A stretch of DNA of 62,956 bases, the filler included, from Octopus bimaculoides (taxonomy: Eukaryota), in NCBI RefSeq assembly GCF_001194135.2. It is 7 parts of 6 records of this genome, joined end to end, with 100 filler letters (N's around TTAATTAATTAA, not from the genome) between each part and the next. Parts side by side here need not be neighbours in the genome. Positions count along the whole stretch, not along the records: positions 60,202 to 62,956 come from NC_069000.1; 6 more parts are not named here. One strand, written 5' to 3'. Of this stretch, positions 60,471-62,956 are shown piece by piece (within the stretch, counting starts at the first letter, position 1; each line of letters begins with the position of its first letter). The position numbers were made by a program, and so were the translations under genes. The notes under the pieces are model-generated. The model was not told where the DNA came from. It worked only from the letters and a program-made list of their open reading frames with translations, and searched no databases.

Positions 60471-62956
60471 ACCTGGGCAATGCCAGGGTATTTCTGCTAG
60501 TCTATTATATATTTGTGAAAAGGGCGGATGTTGTCTCACGTGCAGTAGTGCAGGCAAAAGTGTTAGTAAATGTGGTTGGTTTGAGCTGAAAATTTGCACA
60601 CCTATGGACAATGTGCTGGCGAGTATGCATGGCAAACTTCAGTTTGCTCAATTGAAAGGCATGGCTTCTAGGTCAAAATTCCTCGTCATTAAACGGACTT
60701 TGACAAGAGTTTGTCATTTCTCTCTTTCAGCAATCACCCTTTCTTCCTCGATCTCTCTCTTTCCTCCCTTCCCTCTACTTTCTATAATGGTGTTTGACAG
60801 CTTCCACTCTCTCTCTCTTTCCCTCTCCATCTTTGCCATCTCTCTGTCGCTCTTTCTCCCACCACCTCTTTCTCTGTTTGTCTGTCTGTGTCTATAGAGA
60901 GAAAGAGTTGACGGCTGCATGTTTTCCTCTATGTGGCAATTAACGTTTCTAGAAATAACAGCCATACTGAGTGTATTAAGATATACATGTGTACACACAT
61001 ACATACATATATACCTACATACATACATAAAGACATACATATATACCTACATACATACAAGGAATGAAACTGGTGACCGTCTGTGTTTAACGAAGAGGAA
61101 TAAAATAGTAAACAGTTATATTGTGTCAAAAATCATACAGCTCTTTCTGGGATATCCTTGAGTATGGGATATTCCATCACCAGAGATAAATAGGGGGGAA
61201 ATATATGGAAAATATTAATAAGATGATAACATAGAGAAAGGGAGTAAAAGAATAAGGAGTTGTATGCATATGTGGTCAAATTGAGCTGAAAATATGCACA
61301 CCTATGTTAAAAGTGGTGGCGAGTTTGCATGGCAACTTTGAGTTTGCTCAATTGAAAGGTGTGGCCTCTAGGGCAAAATTACTCATCTTTTAAAATGTGG
61401 CCTTTGTAGACCCGAATGAAATCAGCTTATGATACCGAAACAAGTAAAACAACAATAAACTATTTTAACCCCGAGGAAGGCTGGGTATCTCTGCTATTCT
61501 AATATATATTTGTAAAAAGGGTGGACGTTATCTCACATGCAGTTATGCAGGCAAGAGTGTTAGTAAATGTGGTCGGATTGAGCTGAAAATTTGCTCACCT
61601 ATTGAATTCCTCAACAGCCAACTACCTCCTGGACTTCCACCTCATGACCTTAGACTGAAGGTTGGTGTTCCAGTTACGCTACTGAGAAACGTGGAACTAC
61701 CAGAACTATGCTATGGTACACATCTGATCATCAAAAAAATTGGGACCTTAATTGTGACGACAACCATTCTGAGTGGACCATCTGCTGGCATGACAAAGTT
61801 ATTAATCCCCATGAGCCTTAGTCCCTCTGCCATGCCATTTGAATTTACACGACGGCAGTTTCCCATAAAAGTATGCTTTGCAATGCGCATCAACAAGGCA
61901 CAGGGACAAGTAGTTGGCCTAAATCTGATACAGCAGGTATTTACCCATGGTTAACTATGCATCCAATGTTCCTGTGTCGGCAGTCCACACAATCTCTTCA
62001 TTTATGGTAATCCAGGCAACACCAGGAATGTTGTCTACAAAGAAACCCTGCAATAACACTTTTGAACCTACCGCCATTACTCTCCCATCACTGGAGTCAT
62101 TGTCAGTTTATCAGTTTTTTAGCCCAACTGCATCCACCTTCTTCACATCGCTGGCAACCTCTGCAACCTGACCACCTCTGCCAGTCAAACTCCCAACCCA
62201 TGGGTTCACATCACGACACTGATTCCGCAAAATTAGGTTGGGTGTGACTACATATTGTATCCAAAACACTGTAAGTGCAGTCGTATTATACTATTTCAGT
62301 TATGTGCAGAGACCTGATTGGTGTTTTGTTTTCTTTCAAGAATTTTCCTGTCATTCTTTGCCCTTCACATCTGCATTTGTGAGGTTTCTCCAATCACTTC
62401 TCAAAGACTGTTTAAGCATTTGGCATGCATTTTTTCATTACCAATTTTTAATAAAATTTTCGTTTAGTTTTTTTTTTTTTGGAAAATGTGGCCCGAGTAG
62501 ACCTGGATGAAATTGGGTTATAATACTGAAACAAGTAAAACAATGAAAATCTATGCTATTTCAATACTGAGCAAGGCCGGGTTTCTCTGCTAGTCTCTCT
62601 ATATAAAAGTGAAATGGCCGAAACTTGTATATTTGCGTGTCTCATTTAGTGGATATGCAGGGTTCAATGGCAGTAGGCATGCTCAGATTGAAGTGAAAAT
62701 TTACAGGGACATGTAAAATGAGGCGAGGAAGTGACTGGACTAGGTTAGAAATCTCCATCTCAAAAGCTGTGGTTACTAGGGCAACAAAACCCGTTTTCAA
62801 TCAATTCTACCAAACTTATTCACTTGATTGACCTCTGTTGTATCGCCTTTTACAACAGTTTTCCTCTCCTGTCAAGGTCCCCTCTACATCTCCTTCGGTC
62901 CACTTAACGTCTCTTTCTCTATGTCTCTGTGAGTTCGTGCTGCTTCACGTCTTCTT
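60471..62956 (+). mobile_element. Head-to-tail array of Helitron-type elements
   Basis: Three hairpin+CTAG/CTAT|TCT junctions at 60500/60501, 61497/61498 and 62593/62594. Units share ~100 bp of 5' sequence and a 3' subterminal motif (ctgaaacaagtaaaaca...). Confidence 0.8.
61598..62056 (+). pseudogene. Helitron PIF1-family helicase C-terminal relic
   Basis: PIEFLNSQLPPGLPPHDLRLKVGVPVTLLRN...RRQFPIKVCFAMRINKAQGQVVGLNLIQQVFTHG*LCIQCSCVGSPHNLFIY...NTRNVVYKETLQ*. Canonical PIF1 motifs, one internal stop (61952-61954) and small deletions. Confidence 0.9.

Overview
AT-rich, repeat-dense animal genomic DNA with many N gaps (about a quarter of the window). The SINE/LINE repertoire suggests an octopod cephalopod such as Octopus bimaculoides (inference). 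The only gene I can identify is a MAP3K1/MEKK1 homologue on the + strand: three clear coding exons (44586-44801, 46115-46231, 50671-50819) encode the SWIM zinc-finger region. Its first exon(s) are uncertain, and I did not find the RING or kinase exons in the visible sequence. A CpG-rich promoter-like patch (YY1 and ETS motifs) at ~29.5 kb may also drive an unidentified spliced, probably non-coding, leftward transcript. The rest is several tRNA-derived SINE families, RTE, Tx1/L1, R4/Dong and Penelope retroelement fragments, Mariner, hAT and piggyBac MITEs, a head-to-tail Helitron array carrying a PIF1-helicase relic, and microsatellites/minisatellites. Most notable: (i) a type-I hammerhead-ribozyme fold plus related degenerate motifs downstream of the third MAP3K1 exon; (ii) repeated local inverted duplications (60-250 bp arms, ~550-670 bp apart), two of which copy exon-like splice-site cassettes; (iii) a 202-bp spacerless palindrome; (iv) two LINE clades apparently targeted to different microsatellites. 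There is no CRISPR array, rRNA or bona fide tRNA gene. Almost all supplied ORFs are microsatellite or gap artefacts. Repeat boundaries are hand-read and approximate, and identities are hand counts.
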